Source: a virus
Lineage: Duplodnaviria > Heunggongvirae > Uroviricota > Caudoviricetes
Reading direction: 5' to 3' (one strand)
Length of the DNA: 64,000 bases
IMG/VR virus record: IMGVR_UViG_3300025942_000001
Position numbers and translations under genes: made by a program. A model generated the notes under the pieces. That model was not told where the DNA came from. It did not search any database and saw nothing but the letters and a program-made list of their open reading frames with translations. Every line of letters starts with the position of its first letter. The stretch's first letter is position 1. Below are positions 29,524-39,885 of this stretch, piece after piece.

Positions 29524-29700
29524 ATGTACTTTGACGCTGTATTGGATGAGAGCCGCAATGTTCTTTTCAATGGCACACCAAAGGACACGGCACGATGGTT
29601 GCGTGCTGAACTTGAAGAACAGGACTGTTCGAGTTGGATTGTTTACCCTGGATCTACCTTGCGTCCCAAGAGTGTCAATGACTACCTTTTGAAGGTGTAG
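29524..29700 (+). CDS. 58-aa hypothetical protein (correct frame not in the ORF track)
   Basis: RBS GAAAGG; MYFDAVLDESRNVLFNG...LLKV. Confidence 0.7.
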   Translation: MYFDAVLDESRNVLFNGTPKDTARWLRAELEEQDCSSWIVYPGSTLRPKSVNDYLLKV

Positions 29701-29703
29701 TTA

Positions 29704-30197
29704 ATGAACATCGATTTGGTTCGCCATTTGAACGAAGTAGCACACGCGCTTTCCAGTTGGGTTGAAACGCTGGAATACTTTACCGAGAATGCCAATGCAT
29801 CGTGGCCACGTGAATATGGAACCCGTGAGGAATTCATTCAGCACGTGGGTAATATGATCGGGGGATACAGCATGGAATTCGACAGGGCATACAATGCAAT
29901 TCCAGAATGGATGGATAAGTGATGCGTGCTGATTTGCTTTCCAACTTGCATCCCGATGCACGCACTTATGCATTGCAGGTTGCCAAGCAACACAAGATCA
30001 ATGGTTGTGTTGAGGGTTGCAATCACAATGAATACATTCGTGATTGTGCCAGGCGTAGGCACCACGGGATCAAGGATGCCGAGTTTCATTCGACATGGGA
30101 CACGTTGCGTGATCGGCGTGTCAAGTTGAGTCATGACGAGTACACGGCAGAACTTGACCGGATGCTAGATCTACTGAATGAACGGGACTTTGCGTGA
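29704..30197 (+). other. two small CDS (29704-29922, 29919-30197)
   Basis: Coupled ORFs; the second has GCVEGCNHNEY. Confidence 0.7.
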
Positions 30198-30306
30198 CGT
30201 GTGTTTTAGAACCGTCTAGAGTCGTCTCTAAGCCTCTAGATGTGTTCAGGGTGCACGTACCCTACCCGAGACCATTTGATCTTGTTACAGACGAAATGAG
30301 CGGCTA

Positions 30307-31327
30307 ATGGTCATCCTTATTGCTAATGTAGTGAGTAAAGGTGAATGGGGAGGCCCGACGACGATTGTCGAGACAAAGGAATACGCAAACTTTCCTTTTG
30401 TTCCCGCCGTGCACACTAACTTTTTGGTGCGCAACACGTTGATTGCCATTGATCGAGTGGACATCGATCCGGTTGGTTTGGCCGGAACTCCCATTGTGAC
30501 CATTAGCGGCAGGGTCACCCGATAGCAAAGTGGTTGCTAAATCAGTGGGATTACCCATTCCCATTGCCCAATTACTACGGTGAGGCTTAAATGAACGTCA
30601 ATCCGCGTGCGTTGGTTCTGCTGTCAACCATGATGTTCACTACGGCAATGTTCGCTTGGAAACTTGCTGGACCATATTGGGTGACCATGCTCATTGTCAC
30701 CATTGTTTACGGCCTTTTTCTGTCCGTTGTGACTGTCAACTGACATGCTTTATCGAATAGGAAGGCATATCAAAAGGTACACACTGGTCTACTTTCTTTT
30801 TCTGATGCTCATTGCAATGTGCACCTTGATCACACTCAAGCAATATGAATTGATTGGATAAGACATGGTTAACACTGCCACTTACGTTGTCCGTTTGCGT
30901 CTCGCCTCTACCGGCCGAATGTCGGCACGAAAGGTTTTCGCGGTGAACACTGCGGATGCCATTTCCCAGGGGCACGCAATGGGCAAGGTTTATGAGGTGA
31001 CCCGAGTGGTTGCCATGTTGAACACTGATCTTACTACCGTCTAATGCGTATATACGCAGCAATAGCTTTTGCCTTTGCTGTAGCTATTATGTACGCAGCG
31101 ATTCCAGCGGTTGCAATTGTTTTCATGCTGTCTTATTCATTCACTTTTCTAAGGGGTTTCAAATGTCGGTTCTCAACGTCACTGCCGGTAAGTTCATCAC
31201 CATTGCTGGTATCCGACGCAAGGTGTTCGCTGTCTACGCTGTCAAGGGTGCACGGTGGTTCCTGGTGAACGATGCCAATGGCAACCGCAAGCCGGTTCTC
31301 TACAGCAACTCCCACGTTTTCGCCTGA
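30307..31327 (+). other. small CDS run: 30307-30525, 30591-30743 (TM), a short TM ORF, a ~59-aa ORF ending 31044, and 31163-31327
   Basis: Read manually; RBS-like sites; several are below the ORF-track cutoff. Confidence 0.55.
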
Positions 31328-31417
31328 TAGTCGCTTTACAACGCTTTAAACCAACCAATAGATAGGGGCACCGATTAAAACAAATCGGTGCCCCCTTAAC
31401 CCAAAGGGGTAAAGAAA

Positions 31418-32077
31418 ATGACCGATATCACTAACGCCGAGACTGCCACCGTTATCAAGCCGCTTGTTTACGACACGGACGCACGCACGGTGCGTATCGA
31501 GAACGCGGACGATTTCCGTGTGGCCGCAAAGTTCTTTGGCATTCCCGTCAAGGCTGCTGGACGCCTTCCGTTCAAGGCCCTTGCTCAGCACGTGCTGCGA
31601 CTGAATTGGGCCATTGTGCCCACTGACCTTTTCAACAATTCGGTTGCGTTGGGTGGGACGACCAGCGTCCCTAAGGGCAAGAGCATCGACACCGTGTGGA
31701 ACGTGAGCTACCGAAAGGTTCACGCCAACGGCGGTACTGGTCCCATTCAGAACGCTACGATCACTCTGTCCGATGTCCGCAAGCACACGGGTAGTTCGGT
31801 CGGTCGGATCGGTCCCAAGCGGCTCATGATCACGCTTGCTGCCACGCTTGAGGTGCCGCTGGACAAGCTGACCACCACGGGCCACACGTTCGCCAACGCG
31901 CAGTCTGATGACGTCACTACGGCCATGCTGGCAGGCACGGTGAGCGAGGTAGACCAGACTCCCGTACCGGTTGTGACTGAGGTCAAGTCCGATGAGTCTG
32001 CCGAGTCGACCGATGAGCAGACCAATGCGGCTGTCGCTGCTGACGACAGCGAGACCCGCGCTGCTGTTCTGGTCTGA
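31418..32077 (+). CDS. probable DNA-binding protein with Lsr2-like GR hooks and an acidic tail
   Basis: FRVAAKFFGIPVKAAGRLP and VRKHTGSSVGRIG; very strongly GC-biased codons; RBS AAGGGG. Confidence 0.5.
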   Translation: MTDITNAETATVIKPLVYDTDARTVRIENADDFRVAAKFFGIPVKAAGRLPFKALAQHVLRLNWAIVPTDLFNNSVALGGTTSVPKGKSIDTVWNVSYRKVHANGGTGPIQNATITLSDVRKHTGSSVGRIGPKRLMITLAATLEVPLDKLTTTGHTFANAQSDDVTTAMLAGTVSEVDQTPVPVVTEVKSDESAESTDEQTNAAVAADDSETRAAVLV

Positions 32078-32132
32078 CGTCTGTTAGACCGTTTTGATTA
32101 GAGGTTAGTTAGCTTGGCATTAGTGCTGCGCG

Positions 32133-33406
32133 ATGCGTACTAATGCCTTGCTAGATATCCGACTGATTAGCGGAGGTAATGTAATGTTCATGGACATACC
32201 GGTTTTTAGCATGGATAATTTCACACCCGAATCCTATTATGAACATGATGGAATTCGGGTGGAAATCGAAAAGGTCGGCGGTGGAACTATTGGCAGGAAG
32301 TACATCGGCAATTGGTTTTACCGGGTAATCGTGCATGGTGTATGGACGACTAGTGGTAGCGACTATGTCACCAATACAGCCAAATCACATCACCAGGTCA
32401 GCTTTGACCTTTGGGAATACTTTACTAGGGAGTAAAATGCATAACGGATATTACTTTCACTTTTACAATGGTGAAACGGATATCAGCGGCAGTATTCATG
32501 CAGAAGACGATGCCGATTGTGTAATCATTTGGCATGAAATTGATGGTCACATCATGTCTTTTGTACCCGCCGGTTTTGGTTGGTGGCAAGCCGATGACAT
32601 TACCGAATCATTCGGTTACGGCTATGATCACTGGCGAAACCAGGAATTCGATTCAATGGAATCAGCCCTGGCGGCTATTATTGAAGCCGCTTTGATGTGC
32701 GTTTAGGAGAATCAATGCTTGACATTGCTGAAATTGAAAAGCTTTTGGAACCGGTTGGCGATAAGCCATATCAGCGGTTTGTGTGGGATTACATTCATTC
32801 CGAAACGCGTACCGTTGTTTATGACAATGAGCATGGTGGCCGCCAGGTCGCTACTTTTCTCAATGGAATCATTGCGCAAATGGTGTGCACTGATTGGAAC
32901 TCCCGGCACAATAATGGTGAACGGCTTTACACGTTGGGTACCGGCGGAGATGGGGAGGACTAATGCATATTTTCGGCGTTGGCGCTCAAACGGCCCGTGA
33001 GCAATTGATCAGCGTTGGTGATACTCACTATGCCCGGAACCTGTACGTCAAGTCAGCGACCAGCCTGGACACCAGCAGGGGCGAACGGTGCCGTATCACG
33101 TTGGGTGTCCATAGCTCCCGCGCCAAGGGTGCCAGGCGTGCGGCTAGTGGTCGGTTGTGTGCTGCGCCATGTTGGCACGCCCATTACGACGTCATGCACG
33201 CTATTTTGAAGACCAGTCCAGATGCACGTATTACTACCAGCCGTATTGGTGACATTGTTTATAATGGGTTGAGTGATTTCCTGTTGAGTGCACCCAATAC
33301 CGCATATATCAATGTTGGCAATTACATGCAGAGTGCCAGCATTGCTTATCTGTGTGAATGCGACCATGACAACTGGGTATCAGCAATAGAAATGGTGAAC
33401 GCGTGA
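32133..33406 (+). other. four hypothetical CDS (32133-32435, 32437-32706, ~32715-32963, 32963-33406)
   Basis: Coupled ORFs; the last carries APCWHAH. Confidence 0.7.
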
Positions 33407-33780
33407 ATTCCAAGCAACTAGGTAAGTGGTTGGCCTGCAATATCGCCTTTCAGGATGACCATTTGCAACATTTGGGTAGTCAAGGGCTTGACCGTGCTGA
33501 CATCTCAACGATTCTGCGCGCATTGGTAGATGGTAACTACATCAATCCCGAAAACTACGATCATTGGGACCTGGATAGGGTTCTAAAGGATATGAATGTG
33601 GTGTGCTGGGCTGACCGCGAGGGCTACGCACGCAATTTCGCCGATGTCGACGATGAATTCAACCCTTTCCACATGCCCAGTTGGGTGGAAGTTGATTGGA
33701 AGTCGAGCGCCGACAATCTTTTGCAAGATATTCCGGTAATCGAATTGGGCGACCACTTTGTAACCTTTTACGAGGGGTGA
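33403..33780 (+). CDS. acidic protein, ArdA-like antirestriction candidate
   Basis: WADREGYARNF...MPSWVEVDWKSSADNLLQD resembles the ArdA C-terminal FA...P.W..IDW/Y..A.DL pattern. Confidence 0.45.
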   Translation: MNSKQLGKWLACNIAFQDDHLQHLGSQGLDRADISTILRALVDGNYINPENYDHWDLDRVLKDMNVVCWADREGYARNFADVDDEFNPFHMPSWVEVDWKSSADNLLQDIPVIELGDHFVTFYEG

Positions 33781-33781
33781 C

Positions 33782-34150
33782 ATGATGTTCGATCCGGTCG
33801 TGTTGACCCGTGAGAACGTCCTAGAGGCGTTGACAGCGGTAGTCGAGCAAAAGGGTAGGGATTACATCTATGTGCCGCCAGGTGGCAAGACAGGTGACTG
33901 TGTCTACTTCTGCAAGGGCAATGACGGACTAGAGCCTAGTTGTCTGTGGGGGCATGTGCTCATTCGATTGGGCATGTGCTATCACGAACTGGAAATGTAC
34001 GCGGGTAAGACTGTTAATCAGGTGTTCGATTACCTAGGCGTAGATGATGCAGACTTGAGGATTGCGGCACTACGGTCACAAGTGTTGCAGGATTGCGGGT
34101 CGTCATGGGGTGTCGCATACGATGCTTTTGTGCGTTGTTTGAGTAGTTAG
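33782..34150 (+). CDS. unknown family, paralog C
   Basis: DCVY...PSCLWGHVL..LG...SQVLQDCGSSWG. Confidence 0.75.
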   Translation: MMFDPVVLTRENVLEALTAVVEQKGRDYIYVPPGGKTGDCVYFCKGNDGLEPSCLWGHVLIRLGMCYHELEMYAGKTVNQVFDYLGVDDADLRIAALRSQVLQDCGSSWGVAYDAFVRCLSS

Positions 34151-34154
34151 CGCG

Positions 34155-34224
34155 TATGCATTATTTCTATCGCCGGTAAACGCCAAAAATGCTAAAAGTG
34201 CCGGGTAGATAGAAATAATGCATA
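34155..34224. repeat. 17-bp perfect inverted repeat with a 36-nt spacer
   Basis: TATGCATTATTTCTATC / GATAGAAATAATGCATA. Confidence 0.85.
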
Positions 34225-34753
34225 GGCATAAACACTCAAGCTTAAGGAGATAAATGCAATGCTGGATGTTATCTATCTATTGGTGGGTTGGTGTTTTGTA
34301 TCTATTTCAATCGTCGGTGTAGTAGCACTACCCGTAGGTTTTATTTGCTGTGTCATCAGTGACGCAAATCGAGCAAGGGGCAATAATGCGCGCAGTAAGC
34401 ATCGAATCATTTACTGAAATCAACTACGGTGATCCAATCAAGGATTACAATGGACAAAAATGGATTTTCGCCGGGGTGGTGGGAAAAGAGGTAGTAGTTC
34501 TAAAGAAAGGTAGTGATGTATTGCAGGTAATGTATCCAAGTATCTTTGATTTGATGCTATTGGAGGTTCAATAATAGGTTGTCCAAGAATTGGAATTAAG
34601 ATACAAGACTGTATTGAATTGGAGAAAAGGAGAAATAATAGTAACCGTTTTATACGGTTATTTTAGTTTTTTACAATAAAAAACACTGTAAAAGGGGTAT
34701 TTTGCTTGGGAAAACACCTAAAAAGCTTATTTTTTCCGAATAATTAATATTTG

Positions 34754-34808
34754 AGCATTATTTAGCATTATACACTAAGGAGCATTATGGTTGCAAATAA
34801 CAGCATTA
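34754..34808 (+). repeat. four AGCATTA repeats
   Basis: Copies at 34754, 34764, 34781, 34802; the last two overlap a small ORF start. Confidence 0.7.
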
Positions 34809-35038
34809 ATACTGGTAAGGCTGTATATAGGGCTGTTGTTATAGCACTAGGTCTATTGCCTGTTATTTGTATAACCTTGATTGCTGGTGTTGCACTAATG
34901 ATGATTCTTTATGTATTTGGAGGGTTTATTATGGTAGCTATTGAATAATCAAGGGTATATCCATTACTTTACCCCGCCTTTTTACATTAAATAAACAATA
35001 AGATAGGTACAATACATAGGCTGACCTGCAATGATACT

Positions 35039-35062
35039 AATAACCGTTATATAACGGTTATT
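35039..35062. promoter_or_regulatory. 24-bp perfect palindrome, operator candidate, abutting a -10 box
   Basis: AATAACCGTTATATAACGGTTATT; TATACT at 35067; related site TAACCGT-N5-ACGGTTA at 34642. Confidence 0.8.
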
Positions 35063-35078
35063 GTGTTATACTACCCAT

Positions 35079-35261
35079 ATGATTAATGATAAGAGAACCA
35101 ATAAGGTAACAGTCTACCTAACAGACTATGAATTAGAACGATTAAAGAAAGACGCCGATAGAGAAAACCTTTCTTTAGCTGTATTGATTAGAAGAATACT
35201 AGAGTCTAATAAGTGGATGCTTAAAGAAAAGGATTCTAATGACGGTAAGTTCACATGGTGA
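35079..35261 (+). CDS. ribbon-helix-helix DNA-binding protein, leaderless
   Basis: KVTVYLTDYELERLKKDADRENLSLAVLIRRIL. Confidence 0.8.
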   Translation: MINDKRTNKVTVYLTDYELERLKKDADRENLSLAVLIRRILESNKWMLKEKDSNDGKFTW

Positions 35262-35796
35262 TACCTATGTAGATGAATCAATTGATATCAAGGTTAGTTC
35301 TACTACTACCACCCGCGTTATTCGCCAATGTATTTATATTACCTATGCAATAGGGTACGGATATAAACTAAACGCCTCTATGACGAACTATTGGGGGTCT
35401 ATGGCATGGTGGGTACTGCACTACCCTGACACCATTGAGCTAGTAGAGAACGCCTATTACGATGCCCTGACATGGATGTGTGACAACGTTATTGATAGTG
35501 GGATAGTACCACCTAGGGTAGGCTAATGATCATGGTAGGTAGAGCCATACAGGGGCACGTATGATAGTGCCATGTGGTAGTGATGCACTGATGTGTGTAT
35601 GTGTTGAGCTATTGATAGTGGATAATGTAATTGAATTACCATTACCATATGGTATGTCAAGGGTCATATCCCTTCCCCGGCTGAATTCCACTAGAGAATA
35701 TGTTCTTATTACATTATTTACAATGAAAGGTGTGATAACACTAAGTTGTACTAGAAACAAACCATTCAATGTTTACACTCACACAATACATTGATG

Positions 35797-35827
35797 GGTA
35801 ATGCCTATTAAATCAAATAGGCATTAC
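35797..35827. terminator. hairpin at the convergence of the two transcription directions
   Basis: GTAATGCCTATT...AATAGGCATTAC. Confidence 0.7.
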
Positions 35828-36062
35828 ACCAAATTCATTTTAAGCGCATTTTAAAAGTGAAAACGTGGCGATATTTTGACAAGCGATCATAAGGTTTTAT
35901 TTTGCCTAATATGTGCGCTCTATATCGAATTGTTTTTGTTTTCGATTGCTACATCATATATATTAAGAAAAAAGTTCAAAATTTTCTATTTGAAAATAGT
36001 TGATCATGCTCTTATTTTTCTAGCTTTTTCCAATATTAAATCTTTGTCTTGCTGGGCTGACA

Positions 36063-37109
36063 TTATTTCTTTCTTTTATTTGCATTCTTTATATGACCAT
36101 CTCTGTTTTTCTTTGCTGTTCTGAAAGCTGCTGATCTATCTTTGACCTGCTTTTTAGCCGCCGCCGCGATTTTTGCTTTATCATCACTATGATATTTTTC
36201 AACCATAGTCAATTGTGCTTTGGCTAGATTTAACGCATCTTCTCTCAATGTCACGATATAATCATGTTGTCTTTTTGTAGTCATTATTCTTCCGGTGGTT
36301 CTATTACTTCGCTGAAGTATGCTTGGAATCTATCCAAGTATGCTTGTTCATCTCGTGGTATTGCTTGATATACCAATTCGCTGATTGTGTATTCTACATC
36401 TTTGTCTCTATAAGGTACTATTGATGTACTTGATTGTCTTGATGATGGTAGATGATAAAGATAAATACTGAACCATCTTCTCCCGGCGAAAACATAGGTT
36501 TCTGATTCACAAATAAATTCTTCTACCGGTTCTGTTACGCCATATTGTGTAAATATATCCGTAAGCTTTAAAACTGTCATTCTTTGCATATTGTCACCTC
36601 CTTGACTATATTGTACTCTAGCCTGAAGGTTTCTGTTTATTGATCTTTTCCAGTTCACGCACTGAGCTGGCAATGCTGGCTTCGGCCCTTTTGATAGCCT
36701 TTTTGGCATCTCTGATATTCTTGATACACTTTAGCTTTTGAGCCGTCGTAGAGTTCTTGCTATTTCTTACATTACTCAAGGCCGCTTCGGCAGTATTTTT
36801 CAACATTTGTGCGGCATAAGCTATCTTTCGCTGTTGTTCAATATTTCTCAGCTCACGTGAACGTCTAGCATTCCATTGTTGCAATGATTCCGGCATCTAT
36901 CTTCCCTTTGATCGTTTGGCCAAAGCTGCTTCCGCTCTGACTCTTGTTGTTCTGGCTTTATTTAATTGTCTTTTTGCTTTCTTCACCGCGAGTTTCGCGG
37001 CACTTATTCTATCTTGATCTTTTGATTTCAACGCCGCTGATTCTTCACGCTGTGCTTGGAGCACTTGGGTTTCGGCATCTGATACCGCTTTATCCAGATC
37101 TTTTCTCAT
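36063..37109 (-). other. three Lys/Ala/Arg-rich helical proteins (36063-36284, 36618-36896, 36897-37109) plus one acidic ORF (36284-~36595)
   Basis: For example AAKLAVKKAKRQLNKARTTRVRAEAALAKR. Confidence 0.7.
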
Positions 37110-37599
37110 CCATCCATTCCTTTGTTTTGATAAGATCTTTTGCTGTAATACCTATCTTGGGATCAATCCATTGTAAAGAACATGGTTCTTTACGCTGAGA
37201 TTCGAACCATCTTAGTTCTTTTTTATAATTGTTGAAGTCATCATCAAGCCACACAAATGGTTCACCGGCGGAATAATCAAGCACCGCGTTATATTTCCAT
37301 TTGTGTGCTGTCCATCCGAAATTAATAACCGGAAGTTCCGGTAATCCAATCAGGGGAGCAATCATGCTATTGGCATCATTTTCCCATGTTGTGCACCACA
37401 CAAGCTTACAATCATTTTCCGCCGCAAATTCAGTCAACATTGGACCATGATCTTTATTAAGCCAGACACGTAGAGGTTTATCTTTCGGAATGCCAAGCGG
37501 GGCTAATCTATAAGTATCATAGCCTGCTGGTCTTCTAGTAGGTTTAGCCGCATATGGGTTTAATGGCCCGTCAACATCAATTAGCAGAAGCATTTTCAA
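37090..37599 (-). CDS. HAD-superfamily hydrolase (Swiss-army-knife RNA-repair-like type)
   Basis: LLIDVDGPLN, VWCTTW, PFVWLDDD. Confidence 0.85.
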   Translation of the reverse strand: MKMLLLIDVDGPLNPYAAKPTRRPAGYDTYRLAPLGIPKDKPLRVWLNKDHGPMLTEFAAENDCKLVWCTTWENDANSMIAPLIGLPELPVINFGWTAHKWKYNAVLDYSAGEPFVWLDDDFNNYKKELRWFESQRKEPCSLQWIDPKIGITAKDLIKTKEWMDEKRSG

Positions 37600-38373
37600 T
37601 CTTCTGTCGGTCTTGACCCAATAGAGGTCGCATGTACATTGTCTCTTCTAACATATCTTCTAATTGCTTTCGTACGTGAACCGCACCATAGCTTTTTAAA
37701 CCATTGAGCGCAATGAGTGCGCGATTAATAAAATATACGACATCGGCGATCTCATCAATCGCTTGATCAAGCATCTCTACCTTAATATCAGCCATTATCT
37801 TTCCTATTCATATAATGAAAAATGAGATCGGTGGCCAATAGACCACCGATAACAACAATCCAGGCTATCAATACAAAACTAGTCATTTTCTTCTACATAT
37901 TCAAATTGATTTATGAATACTTCATCATCGGCATTTACTAGAGGGAAAGGTTTTTCCGTGTTAAGCCATTTATGTCTTACCCACACCCCGCCTAGTTCGG
38001 CCGGTAAAGCATGAAGGATATCAGTCAATAACTCATATAGTTCTGGATTATACTGCGTAGCGTTGACCAGTTTGGTAATCGGTATAACATTCTCGCTCAC
38101 TATGAAACATTCCTCTTTTCCATACTGTTTCGGACTTGACCTTACTACCTTCTTTGACGTAACCCATTTTAATAACATATTTATTATCTACCATATAGCC
38201 AACTTTGATCAACTTGTAGACTTCTTTGATCAACATTGCAGTGCTGTTTATTTCAAATGGAGTTACACCAAGATTAAATTGCTTTGAATTATATTTTATG
38301 TATTGATTACAGTAATCCAAATGTAGCGCAATAAGCATCTTCTTTTTGTTATTTAGCTTACCGCCGAAGAATC

Positions 38374-38889
38374 TTATCTCAGGCATTCAAATACTCGCTT
38401 ATTCCATTTGGCATCATAAAGCGGATGATGCTCAATCTCAGGACCAAAACCTAGATAACTACCTGGCATAATATTATCTTCAATATATTGTTGAAGCTCG
38501 TGGGTAAACATAGGAATAGGCTCAGGCAAATTGATCATCGGACCCCAACACTGAGCCAAGCGTACATGATCATACGCCGCGTAATAAGCCCAGAGGCGTA
38601 CATCTTCTCTGGATGTGATCCTACCACCATCTGACACGAAGTCAAGGATGATCGGTGCGAAAAACTCGAACGGAATAGCATAATCGATATAATCATTTTC
38701 GCTAATATGCTTTAGCACATTATCTTGTAACCATTGACTCGGCTCATATTCACCTGATTGCACTGTGTCAATATAATCTTTGTTGATCATATAAAGCTCA
38801 CGATCATTTTCATCTACCATACCTATCGAGATAGGTTTGATGGTCTCACCATCTTCGTCAAATTCCCAATCGTAAAAGACAGTTCTCAT
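38374..38889 (-). CDS. DEDD 3'-5' exoribonuclease (Rv2179c-like)
   Basis: FYDWEF, ISIGMV, YAAYDHV, HHPLYDA. Confidence 0.85.
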   Translation of the reverse strand: MRTVFYDWEFDEDGETIKPISIGMVDENDRELYMINKDYIDTVQSGEYEPSQWLQDNVLKHISENDYIDYAIPFEFFAPIILDFVSDGGRITSREDVRLWAYYAAYDHVRLAQCWGPMINLPEPIPMFTHELQQYIEDNIMPGSYLGFGPEIEHHPLYDAKWNKRVFECLR

Positions 38890-39305
38890 TAGTCAACCCA
38901 TACAATCTTTGTCAAGCCGCCGTGGCCATGAACTTTTTCAGCATGTTCAATAGAATCCCATACTACGGTACTACCATATTCAGTAGGCCATCTAATAGCA
39001 ACTTTACCATCAGTAAATAGTACACCTTCGGCTACCCGGCCGGTACCTGAAACACCTGAGACATCCTCTGATCGTTCTAAATAAAATCTTCTCATTTTCT
39101 CTGTTTCTGTAAGTTCATTATCAAAAATAAATTTATAGAAATCTGGGTAATCTTCTTCCCAGTTACCGGTTCTTTTTGTAACTGATTCAATCAGTGGGCT
39201 TACTTCTTTTTCCATTTTACGCGCCGTTTGACGTAAAATATACTCACCATGATCTAAAATAGTAGCCATTGTTTGAAAAATCTTATTGTAATCTTTGTCG
39301 CGCAT
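38889..39305 (-). CDS. conserved actinophage hypothetical protein
   Basis: C-terminal RFYLERSEDVSGVSGTGRVAEGV...HGHGG. Confidence 0.75.
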   Translation of the reverse strand: MRDKDYNKIFQTMATILDHGEYILRQTARKMEKEVSPLIESVTKRTGNWEEDYPDFYKFIFDNELTETEKMRRFYLERSEDVSGVSGTGRVAEGVLFTDGKVAIRWPTEYGSTVVWDSIEHAEKVHGHGGLTKIVWVD

Positions 39306-39885
39306 CCAATGCTCCTCTCAACATGTCAGCCAGCACATAAGCATGGCCCATTTTTACTTTAGGGTTATTCAAAATCTCTTGAAAAGTCAACTCATCGGCT
39401 GTATCGCCGGGATAAACATCATAATCCAATAATGTAACAAGCTCTTCGCTGTCTACAAAATATAGAAAATTGTTAAAAAGCTCATCTAATTTATGAACAG
39501 CCATTTTATATGATGGAACATAGATAGTTTTACGTGCTTCGATATAATCGATTGGTTTACCTATCCATGAATATAATGGTATAGCTCCACGTCCCATTGG
39601 ATATCTACAAGCCCATTTATTGGAAAAACCTTCATCTCGCCATTCATACCATTCGGCATTGGGCTTGCCATTATCATCATGATGCGCATAAACTTTGGAA
39701 TATTGCCAACCATTTTCGACATTTTTAGCAATTTTCGGGGGTACGTCTTTACCTTGATATATCGAAACAGGACCTAAAAGCATAGGACTGAACTCACGAC
39801 CTAAACCTACACCTGATGTTGTTATATTGATAGCAGCACCTTTAGGTTTACTGTTATAGACACTACGAACTATAATTTTAGTCAT
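39283..39885 (-). CDS. conserved hypothetical protein (DUF6939-like, possibly NADAR-related)
   Basis: PMLLGP, NVENGWQYSKVY, RYPMGRG, YIEARK.IY.P.Y. Confidence 0.55.
   Translation of the reverse strand: MTKIIVRSVYNSKPKGAAINITTSGVGLGREFSPMLLGPVSIYQGKDVPPKIAKNVENGWQYSKVYAHHDDNGKPNAEWYEWRDEGFSNKWACRYPMGRGAIPLYSWIGKPIDYIEARKTIYVPSYKMAVHKLDELFNNFLYFVDSEELVTLLDYDVYPGDTADELTFQEILNNPKVKMGHAYVLADMLRGALDARQRLQ

Larger units (their letters stand above)
23450..34300 (+). other. GC-richer rightward segment, probable long terminal repeat/early region
   Basis: Visible shift to GC-ending codons; long noncoding tracts; lies between the two genome arms. Boundaries approximate. Confidence 0.55.

Noticed and set aside
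25028-29692. Track ORFs 25028-25222(-), 28958-29155(-), 29106-29321(+), 29495-29692(+)
   Set aside because: No RBS and atypical composition. They overlap the promoter or structured RNA, and the real gene at 29524 is in another frame.
23450-34300. Inserted prophage, ICE or transposon
   Set aside because: No integrase, transposase or att/target duplication was seen, and a gene family is shared with the flank (22386). A terminal repeat is the simpler reading, though unproven.
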